A DNA stretch of 64,000 bases from an uncultured Trueperaceae bacterium (GCA_963799485.1 CAWCXJ010000006.1:1-64000), one strand, 5' to 3'; shown: positions 11,555 to 22,333, numbered from the stretch's first letter. A program made the numbers and translations. The notes: generated by a model not told the origin, from the sequence alone.

Positions 11555-12886
11555 TTACTTGGCGGCGACCTTCACGCCGGAACGTGCGGCTACGGGAAGA
11601 CCCGTCAGGTCTTCGAGGTTGATTTCAAGTTCGCCCATCGCGGTTTCAGCGTCGTTCGTACCGGTCAAAACGTCATGCACGGCGTTAAAGAAGAGGTTCG
11701 AAACTTCGTTGTAGCGCGGCGCACTGACGGTCGAGGGACGGGCAACGGCGTTGCGGAAGACCGGCAGGAGGTCGGCGAACCAAGCTACCGGCGAATCGAG
11801 GAGCTGCTGATCTTGGTAGATCGCCTCGATGGTTGGGAGGTTGGACGCTTCGATGGCGCGTGCAAGCTGTTCGTCATATGAGGCCAAATAGCGGGCAACG
11901 TCAACGGCCACGTCGGGGTTGTTGCTGTACTTGTTGACGGCCATCTGCCAGCCGCCCAAGGTTGCAGCGGGCGCAGCGCCTTCGCCTTCACCGGCGGGCA
12001 AGGGCGCGATGCCGACAGAATCGGCGATGACGCTGTCTTCGGCGACAGCTAAGCTGTAAGCGTAGGGCCAGTTGCGCATAAAAGCAGCGTTGCCGTTTTG
12101 GAAGATCTGACGGGCGTCTTCTTCTTGGAAGCCCGTTACCGCCTGCGGCGAAATGGTGCCGACCCAGCCTGTAGCGGCCTCGAGCGCAGCGATAGCCTGG
12201 TCGTTGAAGACTTCGATTTCACCGTCGGGGCTGATAATCGTACCGCCACCGAACGAGGCGATCCACTCGAGCGCGTTAGTAGTCAGACCCTCATACGCGT
12301 CGCCCTGCCAAACGAAACCGGTAAAGTCGGGATTGTTCGCGCCTTCGCCCTCCATGATAGTCGTCGCCATATCCTGAAGTTCCGTCCAGGTTTGCGGAGG
12401 GCCGTCGAAGCCGTATTTTTCGAGCAGGTCGGTACGGTAGTAGAGGAGCCCGGCGTCGGTGAAAAAAGGAATACCGACAAGTTTGCCGTCAACCGTGTTG
12501 TTTTCGACAATCGCCGGGAAGTAGGCCTGCATGTCTTCTTGAACGCCGTCGTACTGGTAAAAATCGATAAGGTGCTGAGCTAAATCGCCGGGCCAGATGA
12601 CGTCGATCTCTAGGATGTCGGCGTCGGCGGACTGCGCCTCGAACAGCTGCAGATACAGGGCGTAGCGGTCGGTCGCCGACTGCGGCCCCTGCTGCACGTT
12701 GACTGTAACGTTGTATTCTTGTCCGTTGATCGTGCGCGGGTTGGTGTCCATGTAACGCTGGACGGCGGCGTTTGCGACCTGGATCGCTTGGGCGGTGTTA
12801 CCTGTCAACCAGGTGACCGATACGTTCTGCTGGGCAAACGCCATCCCTGCAGATAGAAGGGCTGCTGCTGCTAGATATTTTTTCAC
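11555..12886 (-). CDS. Sugar ABC transporter substrate-binding protein (trehalose/maltose type)
   Basis: Signal peptide; IDVIWPG, PFFTDAGLLYYRTDLLEKYG, WQGDAYEGLT, FMRNWPYAY, TLGGWQ motifs. Confidence 0.92.
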   Translation of the reverse strand: MKKYLAAAALLSAGMAFAQQNVSVTWLTGNTAQAIQVANAAVQRYMDTNPRTINGQEYNVTVNVQQGPQSATDRYALYLQLFEAQSADADILEIDVIWPGDLAQHLIDFYQYDGVQEDMQAYFPAIVENNTVDGKLVGIPFFTDAGLLYYRTDLLEKYGFDGPPQTWTELQDMATTIMEGEGANNPDFTGFVWQGDAYEGLTTNALEWIASFGGGTIISPDGEIEVFNDQAIAALEAATGWVGTISPQAVTGFQEEDARQIFQNGNAAFMRNWPYAYSLAVAEDSVIADSVGIAPLPAGEGEGAAPAATLGGWQMAVNKYSNNPDVAVDVARYLASYDEQLARAIEASNLPTIEAIYQDQQLLDSPVAWFADLLPVFRNAVARPSTVSAPRYNEVSNLFFNAVHDVLTGTNDAETAMGELEINLEDLTGLPVAARSGVKVAAK

Positions 12887-13117
12887 TACTCACCTCTTTC
12901 TCAAGTTTTCTCACGTCAAGACGACTGCTGGTTTAGGTGCCTCATCAGTCCAACAAATGTGCCCTGCTCGAGTCCTAAAACGTTACAGCCGTTTTGATAA
13001 AGCGACTATAGCAAGGTTTGCGCTACCTCTGCAAGACGCTTGGCTTACGGGTTTCTCACGCCAAAGTGTTCTTGTGATCTTATGTCACAATTTGTTGTTA
13101 CTGCGACAAACATGTTA

Positions 13118-13142
13118 AAAACCTGTCGCAACGACAGGTTTT
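13118..13142 (-). terminator. Intrinsic terminator downstream of ruvB
   Basis: AAAACCTGTCG-CAA-CGACAGGTTTT perfect inverted repeat with T runs. Confidence 0.75.
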
Positions 13143-13173
13143 ACAGGCTTTGATGTCGGGAGTAGAAAAATGC

Positions 13174-14226
13174 TCAGGCTGCGTGCTGATCTGCCGGGTC
13201 TTCGTCTTCAGTCACTTCGTCTGCGCTTTTTACGTCACCTTCCGGGCCGAACAACCCGGATTGTGCGGGCGGGGTGTAGGTGTAGCCGAGGTGCGTGTAC
13301 GCCCGCTCGGTAGCGACGCGGCCCCTTTGCGTCCGGTTTAGGAGACCGTTTTGAATGAGAAACGGCTCGTAGACCTCCTCGAGCGTGTTGCCGTCTTCAC
13401 CGACGGCGGTCGCCAAGGTATTCACCCCGGTCGGCCCCCCCGCAAACTTGGTGATGAGCGTTTCTAAAATGACGCGGTCACGGGCCTCGAGGCCGAGTTC
13501 GTCGATGTCGAGTTCGTTTAGGGCGCTTCGGGCGCGCGCCGGACTTACGGTGTCTTCACCGGCGACCTCGGCAAAATCGCGGACGCGGCGGAGCAGGCGT
13601 TTGGCGATTCGCATGGTGCCCCGCGCCCGCCGACCGATCTCTAAAGCGGCGTCGGGGTCGATCTTGAAACCGAGCAGGTCGGCGTCGCGGGAAACACCGG
13701 CGGCGAGCTCTGCGGTGGTGTAGTACTCCAAATGTTCGATGATCCCGAAACGGCTGCGCATCGGCCCGGTGATGAGCCCCGAACGCGTCGTTGCACCGAT
13801 GAGCGTAAAACGCGGCAAATCGAGCCGAATGGTGCGCGCCGCCGGGCCTTGACCCAAGATGATGTCTACCTTGAAGTCTTCCATCGCCGGGTAGAGGTGT
13901 TCTTCAGCGACGCGGCCTAAACGGTGAATTTCATCGATAAAAAGCACGTCGCCGTCGTCCAAGGCGTTGGTCAAGATAGCTGCCAAGTCGCCGGGTTTTT
14001 CGATGGCGGGGCCGCTCGTGACGCGGATATTGACGCCGAGCTCAAAGGCGACGATATGCGCGAGGGTCGTTTTGCCGAGTCCGGGCGGGCCGTAGAGCAG
14101 CACGTGGTCGAGGGCTTCGCCCCGGTTTTTAGCTGCGCTCAGATAAACGCCCAGCTTTTCTTTGAGCTTTTTTTGACCCACGTAGTCGGCTAGCGAGCGT
14201 GGGCGCAGCGCACCGTCGAGTTCCAT
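13174..14226 (-). CDS. ruvB: Holliday junction branch migration helicase RuvB
   Basis: [46 protein letters not shown]. Confidence 0.97.
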   Translation of the reverse strand: MELDGALRPRSLADYVGQKKLKEKLGVYLSAAKNRGEALDHVLLYGPPGLGKTTLAHIVAFELGVNIRVTSGPAIEKPGDLAAILTNALDDGDVLFIDEIHRLGRVAEEHLYPAMEDFKVDIILGQGPAARTIRLDLPRFTLIGATTRSGLITGPMRSRFGIIEHLEYYTTAELAAGVSRDADLLGFKIDPDAALEIGRRARGTMRIAKRLLRRVRDFAEVAGEDTVSPARARSALNELDIDELGLEARDRVILETLITKFAGGPTGVNTLATAVGEDGNTLEEVYEPFLIQNGLLNRTQRGRVATERAYTHLGYTYTPPAQSGLFGPEGDVKSADEVTEDEDPADQHAA

Positions 14227-14324
14227 TAGCTATAGCGTAGCATGTACCAAGGGGGCTTCGGCTCATCCAACCGACCAAACCATAATGCGTGCAGGACGAG
14301 TTTTTTAGCGGTTTCTGCGTACTC

Positions 14325-15230
14325 TTACGTTACTCGCCGTAAATGTGCGGAAGTAGGGGTCTCGAGTTTTGCCAGAAGGGGCTCGAGCCCACTCGTATCG
14401 GTCAGTGCTAACAGGGGTGCCCTGGGATAACCGGCGTCAAGGCCCTGAAGCTTCATCGCCGCCTTGAGCCCCGGAATGCCGAACTTTGTCGTAACGGCCT
14501 GGGCGAGCGGGTTGAGGCTGAGCTGAAGCGCCCTCGCTGTCTCTAAATCCCCTTGCCTGAACGCATCGTAGAGCGCTCTATATTCTCGCGCCGCGACGTT
14601 GGCAACCGCCAAAATACCGCCCTGCGCGCCGAGGGCGAGCGCCGCCAAAAAGGTCGGGGCGCTCCCGGTCAGCACCTGGAAGTCTGCCGGTACCCGCTGC
14701 ATGGTGTCGGTCAGCGCGGCGACGTTGCCCGACGAGTCTTTCATGCCGACGATGTTTTCGTGTTGCGCGAGTTCGGCAATAAGCGCCGGACTCAGTGCGA
14801 GCGTCGTAACGCCCGGAAAATTGTAGAGCATGAGCGGGAGTGGACTCGCTTCGGCAAGTTTACGGTAATGCGTCCTGAGTACGGCTTCGGTCATCGCGGC
14901 GGTGTAGTAGTGCGGCGGTAATACGAGTGCTGCGTCTGCCCCAAGCGCGAGGGCTTCTCGGTTGCGCGCCGCCACCAGATGCGTCGCCTCGCCGCCCGTA
15001 CCGACGAGCAGCGGTTTGTCGGTGGGGATAACTGCGCGCGCCGTCCCTATAACTTCGCGGCGTTCGGCGTCGCTTAAAAAGGCTGCTTCGCCGGTGCTGC
15101 CCAAAATGAGAAAACCGTCTACCGTGGGCTCGAGCCGCCGTAAAAGTCGCTCGAGTGCCCCTGTATCGACGTCGCCGGTGTGGGTAAACGGGGTGGGAAC
15201 CGGTGGGATAATGCCTTGAAGCGTGACCAT
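14325..15230 (-). CDS. Dihydrodipicolinate synthase family aldolase
   Basis: GIIPPVPTPF, LGSTGE, LYNFP, GMKDSSG (Schiff-base Lys). Confidence 0.9.
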   Translation of the reverse strand: MVTLQGIIPPVPTPFTHTGDVDTGALERLLRRLEPTVDGFLILGSTGEAAFLSDAERREVIGTARAVIPTDKPLLVGTGGEATHLVAARNREALALGADAALVLPPHYYTAAMTEAVLRTHYRKLAEASPLPLMLYNFPGVTTLALSPALIAELAQHENIVGMKDSSGNVAALTDTMQRVPADFQVLTGSAPTFLAALALGAQGGILAVANVAAREYRALYDAFRQGDLETARALQLSLNPLAQAVTTKFGIPGLKAAMKLQGLDAGYPRAPLLALTDTSGLEPLLAKLETPTSAHLRRVT

Positions 15231-15437
15231 GACCAAGCTTACACGCTCCGCTTGTCCGAGTGCCTTTGTGTTCGCGTGTGTTTACGCTTTTACGCCGCCG
15301 TTACGGTAACTCGTCGTGTCGGGTGTCGTCACGCGCACCGCTAAAAGCGCAAATGGACAAACGTTCGGCAAACGTTCTGCCGCTGCACGTTCCCCGTAAA
15401 CGCATTTTTGTAAAATAGCGCAGAGAGCAGGTAAACC

Positions 15438-17021
15438 GTGGCCGACCACACCGCGTCACCGTGTAACGAAGATGTCATCCGCTCGGGTAAACATGACGCA
15501 GGTCACGCCGAAGCTCCGCGCCCGTGGGTGCTGGCAGCGACGATTTTGGGGTCTTCGCTGGCGTCGATTACCACCTCGGCGGTCAACGTCGCCCTGCCCA
15601 ACTTGCAAAACGCCTTAAACACGACTCTCGTCAACGCGCAGTGGGTCGTAAACGCCTACACGCTGTTTCTGGCGGCGCTGATTTTGCTGGGCGGTTCGCT
15701 CGGCGACCACTACGGGCGCAAACGGGTGTTCATTGTCGGCACCCTCATCTTCGGCGCAGCGTCGGTCTGGTGCGGCCTTGCGCCGAACGTCACGCAGCTT
15801 ATCGTCGCACGCGGTGTTCAGGGGATTGGCGGGGCGCTCCTCACACCCGGTTCACTCGCGATTATCAGCGCGGCGTTTCCTGAAAGTGAGCGCGGCAAGG
15901 CCATCGGTCTCTGGTCGGGATTTTTAGCGATTACGACGGCGGCGGGGCCGGTCTTGGGCGGGTTCGTCACCGACGCACTTTCATGGCGCTGGGTGTTTTT
16001 GATGGTCGTACCGCTCGCGCTGCTTGTTGTCCTGATTACGCTCTGGCGTGTGCCTGAGAGCCGCGACGAGGAGGCTACCGGCGGCCTCGATTACGGTGGG
16101 GCGCTCTTCGTCACACTCGGCTTGGGCGGACTGACGTTCGGATTATTGCGTTCCTCTACAACCTCGTGGGGCGATCCGGTGGTACTTGGTTCACTTGTAC
16201 TGGGCGTTCTGCTCTTGGGCGCGTTTTTGTGGCTCGAGGCGCGCGTCAAAGGCCCGATGATGCCGCCTGGGCTCTTTCGCTCTGCGACCTTCGCCGGGGC
16301 CAACCTCCTTACGCTGCTCTTATATGCGGCGCTCGGGGCGGCGCTGTTCTTTTTGCCGTACCACTTTCAGAGCGTGCAGGGTTACAGCGCGACGCGTACC
16401 GGTCTGGCGCTGTTGCCGATGATTCTCTTGATGACGCTGCTCGCACGTTGGGCCGGGGGTCTGGTTGACCGCGCAGGGGCGCGGTTGCCGCTCGTGGTCG
16501 GGCCGAGCATCGTCGCCGTGGGTTTTGCGCTCTTGGCGGTTCCCGGTCAGAACGCAAACTACTGGACAACCTTTTTTCCGGCGCTCTTGGTGCTGGGGCT
16601 TGGTCTGGCGGTGTCGGTCGCGCCGCTTACGACGACGGTGATGAACGCTGTGCCGACGCATCAGGCAGGGACGGCCTCGGGGGTGAATAACGCCGCGGCG
16701 CGGCTTGCCAATCTGCTGGCGGTCGCGGTGTTCGGGGTCGTGATTCTGCTTGTGTTTAATCCGGCGCTTACGGCGCGGCTGGCTCCGCTGTCGTTGCCGC
16801 AAAACGTTTCTAAACAGCTTGACGCCCAGCGCAATGATTTGGTCAGCATCCGCATCCCGGAGGCTTTGCCTGAGGCAGAGCGCGCCCGAGTCGAAACGGC
16901 GGTCAAGGGCGCGTTTGTCAGCGGCTTTCGGTTTGTTACCCTGACGTGCGCAGGGCTGGCGTTACTCAGCGCGTTCGTCGCCTGGCGGACTATCGGGGGC
17001 AAAGAAAACGCGCCAAGCTAG
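15438..17021 (+). CDS. MFS drug efflux transporter (DHA2/EmrB-QacA type)
   Basis: ~14 TM segments, GSLGDHYGRKR, RGVQGIGGAL, WRWVFL. Confidence 0.9.
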   Translation: MADHTASPCNEDVIRSGKHDAGHAEAPRPWVLAATILGSSLASITTSAVNVALPNLQNALNTTLVNAQWVVNAYTLFLAALILLGGSLGDHYGRKRVFIVGTLIFGAASVWCGLAPNVTQLIVARGVQGIGGALLTPGSLAIISAAFPESERGKAIGLWSGFLAITTAAGPVLGGFVTDALSWRWVFLMVVPLALLVVLITLWRVPESRDEEATGGLDYGGALFVTLGLGGLTFGLLRSSTTSWGDPVVLGSLVLGVLLLGAFLWLEARVKGPMMPPGLFRSATFAGANLLTLLLYAALGAALFFLPYHFQSVQGYSATRTGLALLPMILLMTLLARWAGGLVDRAGARLPLVVGPSIVAVGFALLAVPGQNANYWTTFFPALLVLGLGLAVSVAPLTTTVMNAVPTHQAGTASGVNNAAARLANLLAVAVFGVVILLVFNPALTARLAPLSLPQNVSKQLDAQRNDLVSIRIPEALPEAERARVETAVKGAFVSGFRFVTLTCAGLALLSAFVAWRTIGGKENAPS

Positions 17022-17026
17022 GGCTA

Positions 17027-17329
17027 TCACAGCGATAGCACGAGCGTTAAAACGATAAAAAATGCGTGCAGCGGCGGCGCTATTCCGTAAGAAATCCGAG
17101 TCAGCCGGCTGCGACTGCGCCTAAAACCGTGCGCGGATAGTGTGCGCAACCAAGGTTGCACCGCGCGGCAGTCTAACCGGGTATCCTCTAAGTCCGGCAG
17201 CGTCAACCGGACCAGCACGAACCAGCAGATAATCGACACCAGGTAGACCGAGGTGGTCAGGATAGGCCCTGAAAATCCAGCTGTTGCGGGCTGCCGGTGG
17301 TCTACGACAGGCTCACGAAAGTGCTGCAC
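17027..17329 (-). CDS. Hypothetical small membrane protein
   Basis: Two hydrophobic segments; TATACT 8 nt before a GTG; no recognised family. Confidence 0.3.
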   Translation of the reverse strand: MQHFREPVVDHRQPATAGFSGPILTTSVYLVSIICWFVLVRLTLPDLEDTRLDCRAVQPWLRTLSAHGFRRSRSRLTRISYGIAPPLHAFFIVLTLVLSL

Positions 17330-17552
17330 ACGCGCCGAGTATAGTATGGCTGAGTCGTGTGGTTCCAAAACTGTACAGTACCGTAAACTGCCTTTGACTG
17401 TGACCCGTAAAACCATGTTGCGGGTGACCATGCCTGCTTGGGCCGGCTTAAGGCGCAGTCTTTAGAAGCTTGAAGTACCGTTGGTCTTGGATTAGCATAA
17501 TGCCTGCTAGACCGCCCCAAAGCGGCCTGCGCCCGAGATTTACGGGCCGCTA

Positions 17553-18008
17553 CTACTTCAGGCTTTCCTGGGCTACCCGGCATACAGGACATATCCCCCG
17601 GTATTCTATCTGATTGCCTGTGACTTGCCATTGGCTCAGGTCTGAAACCGCTGCTGACAACTCGCGGGGGTAGAGCGACGCTTTAGGGCCGTCGGTAGCA
17701 ACGTCGACCATACGGTTACACACGCTGCAAACGATATGGTCGTGGCTCGAGATATTCGCGTCGTAGCGCAGCACGCCGTTAGGCCCGACAAGCTTGACCA
17801 GAATGCCGCGGTCGGCGAGCTGCCGCAAATTCTGGTAGAGCGTCGCAGCGCTCATGGCGTGGCCCCGTTCTTTTAAGACAGCCAGCATCTCGTCCGGCGT
17901 ATAGTGCCGGTTCTCCTGGTAGAGAAGTTCAAAGATGCGTAGCCGCGCACGGGTAACGCGCAGGCCGTGGCTTTCTATAAGCTTATGAACGTCAGGCGCA
18001 CGTTTCAC
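17553..18008 (-). CDS. Fur-family transcriptional regulator, probably PerR-like
   Basis: GLRVTRAR, HYT, SAATLYQNL, HDHIVCSVC, YRGICPVC; downstream of catalase. Confidence 0.88.
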   Translation of the reverse strand: MKRAPDVHKLIESHGLRVTRARLRIFELLYQENRHYTPDEMLAVLKERGHAMSAATLYQNLRQLADRGILVKLVGPNGVLRYDANISSHDHIVCSVCNRMVDVATDGPKASLYPRELSAAVSDLSQWQVTGNQIEYRGICPVCRVAQESLK

Positions 18009-18012
18009 AAAT

Positions 18013-18522
18013 TTACGTGGGTTCGGTTTGTGTGTCCGACGCAAGAAGTCGACTAAAGTCGTTGTGTCCGTTGTCTGCTGCGATATCCGCGGCAGTTCTG
18101 CCGTTAGGGTCGGTGAGCGTCGGGTCGGCCCCGTGCCCCAGCAGCATTTGGGCGAGCGTCACGCTGTTAAACAGGGCGCTCAGCATAAGCGGGGTAGACC
18201 CGGCGGCGTTACGCGCGTCCGGCGCTGCGCCGTGCTCGAGGAGCAGCAGACCGATTTCAGGATAGCCCTTAAAACAAACACCCATCAGGGGCGTACTGCC
18301 CTGGGCGTCCGGCAGGTCGGGGTCGGCGCCGTGCTCGAGCAGCAAAGACGTCAGCTCGTACTGCCCGTTATACGCGGCGATCATCAGCAGGCTGTGGCCC
18401 CGTTCGTCTCTCAGGTCGGGCTCGAGTCCGGCTTCTAAAAAAACGCGCATCACCTCTATGTCACCGCGCCGGACGATCTCGTGATAATCCACATTCTCTA
18501 AATTGATCGCTTCTTGGGTCAC
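18013..18522 (-). CDS. Ankyrin repeat protein (catalase-associated AnkB-like)
   Basis: Repeats GHSLLMIAAYNG, GSTPLMGVCFKG, GSTPLMLSALFN, GRTAADIA. Confidence 0.92.
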   Translation of the reverse strand: MTQEAINLENVDYHEIVRRGDIEVMRVFLEAGLEPDLRDERGHSLLMIAAYNGQYELTSLLLEHGADPDLPDAQGSTPLMGVCFKGYPEIGLLLLEHGAAPDARNAAGSTPLMLSALFNSVTLAQMLLGHGADPTLTDPNGRTAADIAADNGHNDFSRLLASDTQTEPT

Positions 18523-18564
18523 GTTGCCTCTTCGGTAAGTTACCCCGGACGTCCGGGAAAGATA

Positions 18565-18597
18565 AAAACCGAACCCGCCGTAAGCGAATCCGGTTTT
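18565..18597 (-). terminator. Hairpin/terminator between katA and ankyrin gene
   Basis: Minus strand AAAACCGGATTCGC-TTACG-GCGGGTTCGGTTTTT. Confidence 0.55.
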
Positions 18598-18603
18598 CGG
18601 TAT

Positions 18604-20109
18604 TTAAGACCTTACGGCTTCTTTGACGGGTACGTCGTCGTTAACGGCCAACTCAGCGTCTGCTGCCGCCTTTTCAAGCGCGGCGCGCACCCTGGCGCCG
18701 TAATCCGGGTCGGCTTTATCGAAGTGCGGCACCTGACGGTCGATGATCTCCTGGCGGCAACCGCCCAGGGCCGAAGCGATAGACTCTGCGAGTCGGTTTT
18801 TAGCGGCCTCGTCCATCATCCGGTAGAGGTTGCCGGCCTGCGTATAGTCGTCGTGCCCCTCACGCGAGTTGTAACGCTCTACACTTACGTCGCCTAAATG
18901 CCACGCGGGTTCGGCGTAGCTCGGGTCGGGCTGCGGCGCACCCGCGACGCTGTTGGGAAAGTAGTTGGGGTGACCCGTACCGTCGCTGACGAACATGTGT
19001 CCGTCTCGCTGATAGTGAGAGGCGCTGCTTCCCTTGGGCTGGTTGACGGGCAACTGCCGGTAATTCACCCCGATACGGTAGAGATGGGTGTCTTGGTAGC
19101 TCATCAGGCGGCCCTGCAACATCTTGTCCGGACTCGGGCCGATACCGGGAACCATCGTGCTCGGGTTAAAGGCGGCCTGCTCGATGTCGGTAAAGTAGTT
19201 TTCAGGGTTGCGGTTGAGTTCCATTTTACCGACTTCGATAAGCGGATAGTCGTCGTGCGGCCAGACTTTAGTCAGGTCAAAGGGATTCCACTGAAAGCTT
19301 TCGGCTTGAGCCTGGGTCATCACCTGAAAGTACAGCGTCCAGCTGGGAAACTCGCCTTTTTCCACCGCGTAGTACAGGTCGCGTTGATGGCTCTCACGGT
19401 CGGCGGCGATAATCTCGGCTGCCTCGTCGTTGGTAAGGCACGCGATACCCTGGTCGGTCTTGAAGTGGAATTTGCACCAGACGCGCTCCCCCTCGCTATT
19501 AATCAGCGAGTAGGTGTGGCTGCCGTAACCGTTCATGTGGCGGTAGGTTTTAGGCAGACCGCGGTCGCCGAAAAGCCAGGTCACCTGGTGAAGGCTTTCG
19601 GGGCAGAGGCTCCAGAAGTCCCACTGCATGTTGGCGTCGCGTAAGTTGGTCTGTGGGTGACGTTTTTGCGAATGGATAAAGCTCTGAAACTTGTACGGGT
19701 CTCTGACAAAAAAGACAGGTGTGTTGTTGCCCACCATGTCCCAGTTGCCCTCTTCGGTGTAGAACTTGACGGCGAAACCTCTGGGATCGCGTTCGGCGTC
19801 GGCTGCGCCGCGTTCACCGGCGACGGTTGAAAACCGGGCGACGAGTTCGGTCTTTTTGCCGACCTCTGAAAAAAGCGCAGCGCGGGTGTACTTGGTCACG
19901 TCGTGGGTCACCGTAAAAGTGCCGAACGCCCCCGAACCTTTGGCGTGAACGACGCGTTCAGGGATGCGCTCGCGGTTAAAATGTTGCATCTGCTCTTGCA
20001 ACTGGACGTCTTGCAGCAAGAGTGGGCCACGTGGTCCCGCCGTTAGTGAATTTTCGTTGTCTGCAATGGGTGCGCCGTCGGCGCTGGTCAAAAGCTTTTT
20101 GTCGGTCAT
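18604..20109 (-). CDS. katA: Monofunctional heme catalase
   Basis: FNRERIPERVVHAKG, RFSTVAGE, RGFAVKFYTEEGNWD, RLMSYQDTHLYR. Confidence 0.97.
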   Translation of the reverse strand: MTDKKLLTSADGAPIADNENSLTAGPRGPLLLQDVQLQEQMQHFNRERIPERVVHAKGSGAFGTFTVTHDVTKYTRAALFSEVGKKTELVARFSTVAGERGAADAERDPRGFAVKFYTEEGNWDMVGNNTPVFFVRDPYKFQSFIHSQKRHPQTNLRDANMQWDFWSLCPESLHQVTWLFGDRGLPKTYRHMNGYGSHTYSLINSEGERVWCKFHFKTDQGIACLTNDEAAEIIAADRESHQRDLYYAVEKGEFPSWTLYFQVMTQAQAESFQWNPFDLTKVWPHDDYPLIEVGKMELNRNPENYFTDIEQAAFNPSTMVPGIGPSPDKMLQGRLMSYQDTHLYRIGVNYRQLPVNQPKGSSASHYQRDGHMFVSDGTGHPNYFPNSVAGAPQPDPSYAEPAWHLGDVSVERYNSREGHDDYTQAGNLYRMMDEAAKNRLAESIASALGGCRQEIIDRQVPHFDKADPDYGARVRAALEKAAADAELAVNDDVPVKEAVRS

Positions 20110-20180
20110 GTTTCCCCCTTACGGCTCGAGAGCCGCCCAAGCGTAGCGCGCAGCCGGGTGCACGAGACTCTCGACTTCGC

Positions 20181-20209
20181 ACTATACATAATCATAACCG
20201 TTATGACAA
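20181..20209 (-). promoter_or_regulatory. katA sigma70 promoter with overlapping 7-1-7 Per/Fur-type box
   Basis: Minus strand TTGTCA-N17-TATAGT; perfect palindrome TCATAAC-C-GTTATGA at 20192-20206. Confidence 0.75.
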
Positions 20210-20310
20210 GGTGATGGTGCTCTGAAAACGGTTCTTTGAGGCAAGTGCAGTTTGGTGTCTAGCAGGGAAAACGCCGAGAATAATCAATCGCCGCAACCCC
20301 TACGCTCCGG

Positions 20311-20366
20311 TTGACCGGGCATGATTGACCGGGTACAAGTAGCTGGGTACAAGTAACTGGGCACAA
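20311..20366 (+). repeat. Degenerate 14-bp tandem repeat, 4 copies
   Basis: TTGACCGGGCATGA / TTGACCGGGTACAA / GTAGCTGGGTACAA / GTAACTGGGCACAA; GGG at exact 14-nt period. Confidence 0.7.
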
Positions 20367-20496
20367 GCAGGCAACGCCACTGCTGCAAGGCGCGGTAGAC
20401 GGCAAACTATTTTTAGTCCGCCTTCTCTGAACAAACCGAACTCGAGCAAAAGCGCGGTCCCCTGTTCCTGACTTGCAGGGGTATGCTGAGACCCGC

Positions 20497-21357
20497 ATGT
20501 CAGACGCTTCTACCGCCCGTTTACTTGTCTCTTGTCCCGACCGCCCCGGTATCGTCGCGGCAGTGTCGCAGTTTCTCTATAGTCACGGCGCAAATATCCT
20601 GGACGCGCAGCAGCACTCGACCGACCCGACCGGCGGTACGTTTCTGATGCGGATGGTGTTTCACCTAGAAGACCTGGACGTGTCCCGGACGCAGTTCGAG
20701 CGGGCCTTTGCCGAGGTCGTCGCGCGGCCTTTTACGATGAACTGGCGCGTCGCCTACGCCGACCGCCGTAAACGCATGGCAATTCTGGTCTCGAACACCG
20801 ACCACTGTTTGCTCGAGCTGTTGTGGCGCAGACAGAGCGGTGAGTTTGAAGTCGAGATTCCTTTCGTTATTTCCAACCACGAGAACCTGCGCGGCGTCAC
20901 CGAGTCATATGATTTGCCGTTTCACCATTTACCGGTTTCTAAAGACACCAAAACCGAGCAAGAGGCGCAGCTTTTAGAGCTGCTCGAGCAGCAGGTAGAC
21001 TTTATCGTCCTGGCGCGCTACATGCAGATTTTATCGCCCGAGTTCGTGGCGCATTTCCCTGCAAAAATCATCAACATCCACCACTCGTTTTTACCGGCGT
21101 TCGTGGGCGCAAATCCGTACCGTCAGGCGTACCGGCGCGGCGTCAAACTGATCGGCGCAACGGCGCACTTTGTCACCGACGACCTCGACGAAGGCCCGAT
21201 TATCGACCAGGACGTGGCACGGGTGTCGCACCGCGAGTCGGTTAAGGATTTGGTACAGGTGGGGCGGGGGCTCGAGCGCACCGTTTTAGCCAGGGCCGTC
21301 GCCGCGCAACTCGAGGACCGGGTGTTGCTAGTTGGGAACAAAACGGTGGTCTTTTAG
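20497..21357 (+). CDS. purU: Formyltetrahydrofolate deformylase
   Basis: [12 protein letters not shown] (ACT domain), [28 protein letters not shown]. Confidence 0.96.
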   Translation: MSDASTARLLVSCPDRPGIVAAVSQFLYSHGANILDAQQHSTDPTGGTFLMRMVFHLEDLDVSRTQFERAFAEVVARPFTMNWRVAYADRRKRMAILVSNTDHCLLELLWRRQSGEFEVEIPFVISNHENLRGVTESYDLPFHHLPVSKDTKTEQEAQLLELLEQQVDFIVLARYMQILSPEFVAHFPAKIINIHHSFLPAFVGANPYRQAYRRGVKLIGATAHFVTDDLDEGPIIDQDVARVSHRESVKDLVQVGRGLERTVLARAVAAQLEDRVLLVGNKTVVF

Positions 21358-21460
21358 CTGTAGTCTTCAGGTGTGGTCTCTTGGCCAAGGGTGTTTTGGA
21401 GTATGGTAGAGCGAAAAGCTTTTGGGATGCACCCTTACCCTTGCTCGAGGAGACCCGTTC

Positions 21461-22018
21461 ATGACACAAACGCATCATCCGGCGCTCAGAACCCACGCTG
21501 TCACCATCGGTACCGAAACCCGCGACTTACCCATCGTTAGCGTCGGCCCGGTATCGGTCGCTCTGCTCAACCTTTTAGGCGACGCCCCGCTGACCGAGGC
21601 CGCCGCCGCCGAACTCGCCAAACGTCTACCCGAAGTCGATGTGCTCGTTACGCCCGAAGCCAAAGCCGTCCCGCTCGCGCATGCGCTTTCGGTGCGTACC
21701 GGCTTGCCCTATGTGGTCGCCCGTAAAACGCAAAAACCCTATATGGTCGGCGCAGTCCGTAAGACTGCCCTGTCGATTACCACCGGCAAACCGCAAGACC
21801 TCTTTTTGGACGGTACCGATTTGCCGAAACTTACCGGGCACCGGGTCGCTATCATCGACGATGTGGTGAGTACCGGCGGCACGCTCCGCGCCCTGTCCGA
21901 ACTGCTCACCGAAGTTGGGGCCGAGGTTGTGGCGACGCTTGCGGTGCTGACCGAAGGGGAAGAACGGGGCGATGTGATTTCGCTCGGGCATCTGCCGCTT
22001 TACGATAATCCGGCCTGA
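21461..22018 (+). CDS. Purine (adenine-type) phosphoribosyltransferase family protein
   Basis: PRPP motif [19 protein letters not shown] before ATG at 21461. Confidence 0.88.
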   Translation: MTQTHHPALRTHAVTIGTETRDLPIVSVGPVSVALLNLLGDAPLTEAAAAELAKRLPEVDVLVTPEAKAVPLAHALSVRTGLPYVVARKTQKPYMVGAVRKTALSITTGKPQDLFLDGTDLPKLTGHRVAIIDDVVSTGGTLRALSELLTEVGAEVVATLAVLTEGEERGDVISLGHLPLYDNPA

Positions 22019-22333
22019 GGGTAAGAGAAGTAAGAAGCAGGAAGCTTGTACACGCGCCTGTTTACGGCGGTCGTGAGGTTAAACTTAGCCGTCAAAGACT
22101 GAAGTCAACAGAATTCAGTGTTGGTTCAGCATGATGTATTGACGCATTGAAGTTTGCGTGAGAGACGCTTTTCAAGCTTGCTATTCTCATAATCTACCGC
22201 GTTTCTGACGAGGTTTCTAATGGTGGCTCGAGCCCTTTTCAAAAGGGCCGATGTGCTACGATAGTCCACTACCCTGCGCCGCTACCCTTGCTGCGCTCCA
22301 TCTGTCTGCTGCCCCCTTTAGCCTGGAGTCCGT

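Noticed and set aside
18898..19644. Long antisense ORFs (also 4123..4977, 44002..44859, 52302..53054, 58070..58798)
   Set aside because: Shadow frames of well-supported genes in GC-rich DNA; no recognisable motifs.
20311..20366. Possible CRISPR array
   Set aside because: 14-bp units without spacers and no cas genes; no CRISPR seen anywhere in the window.
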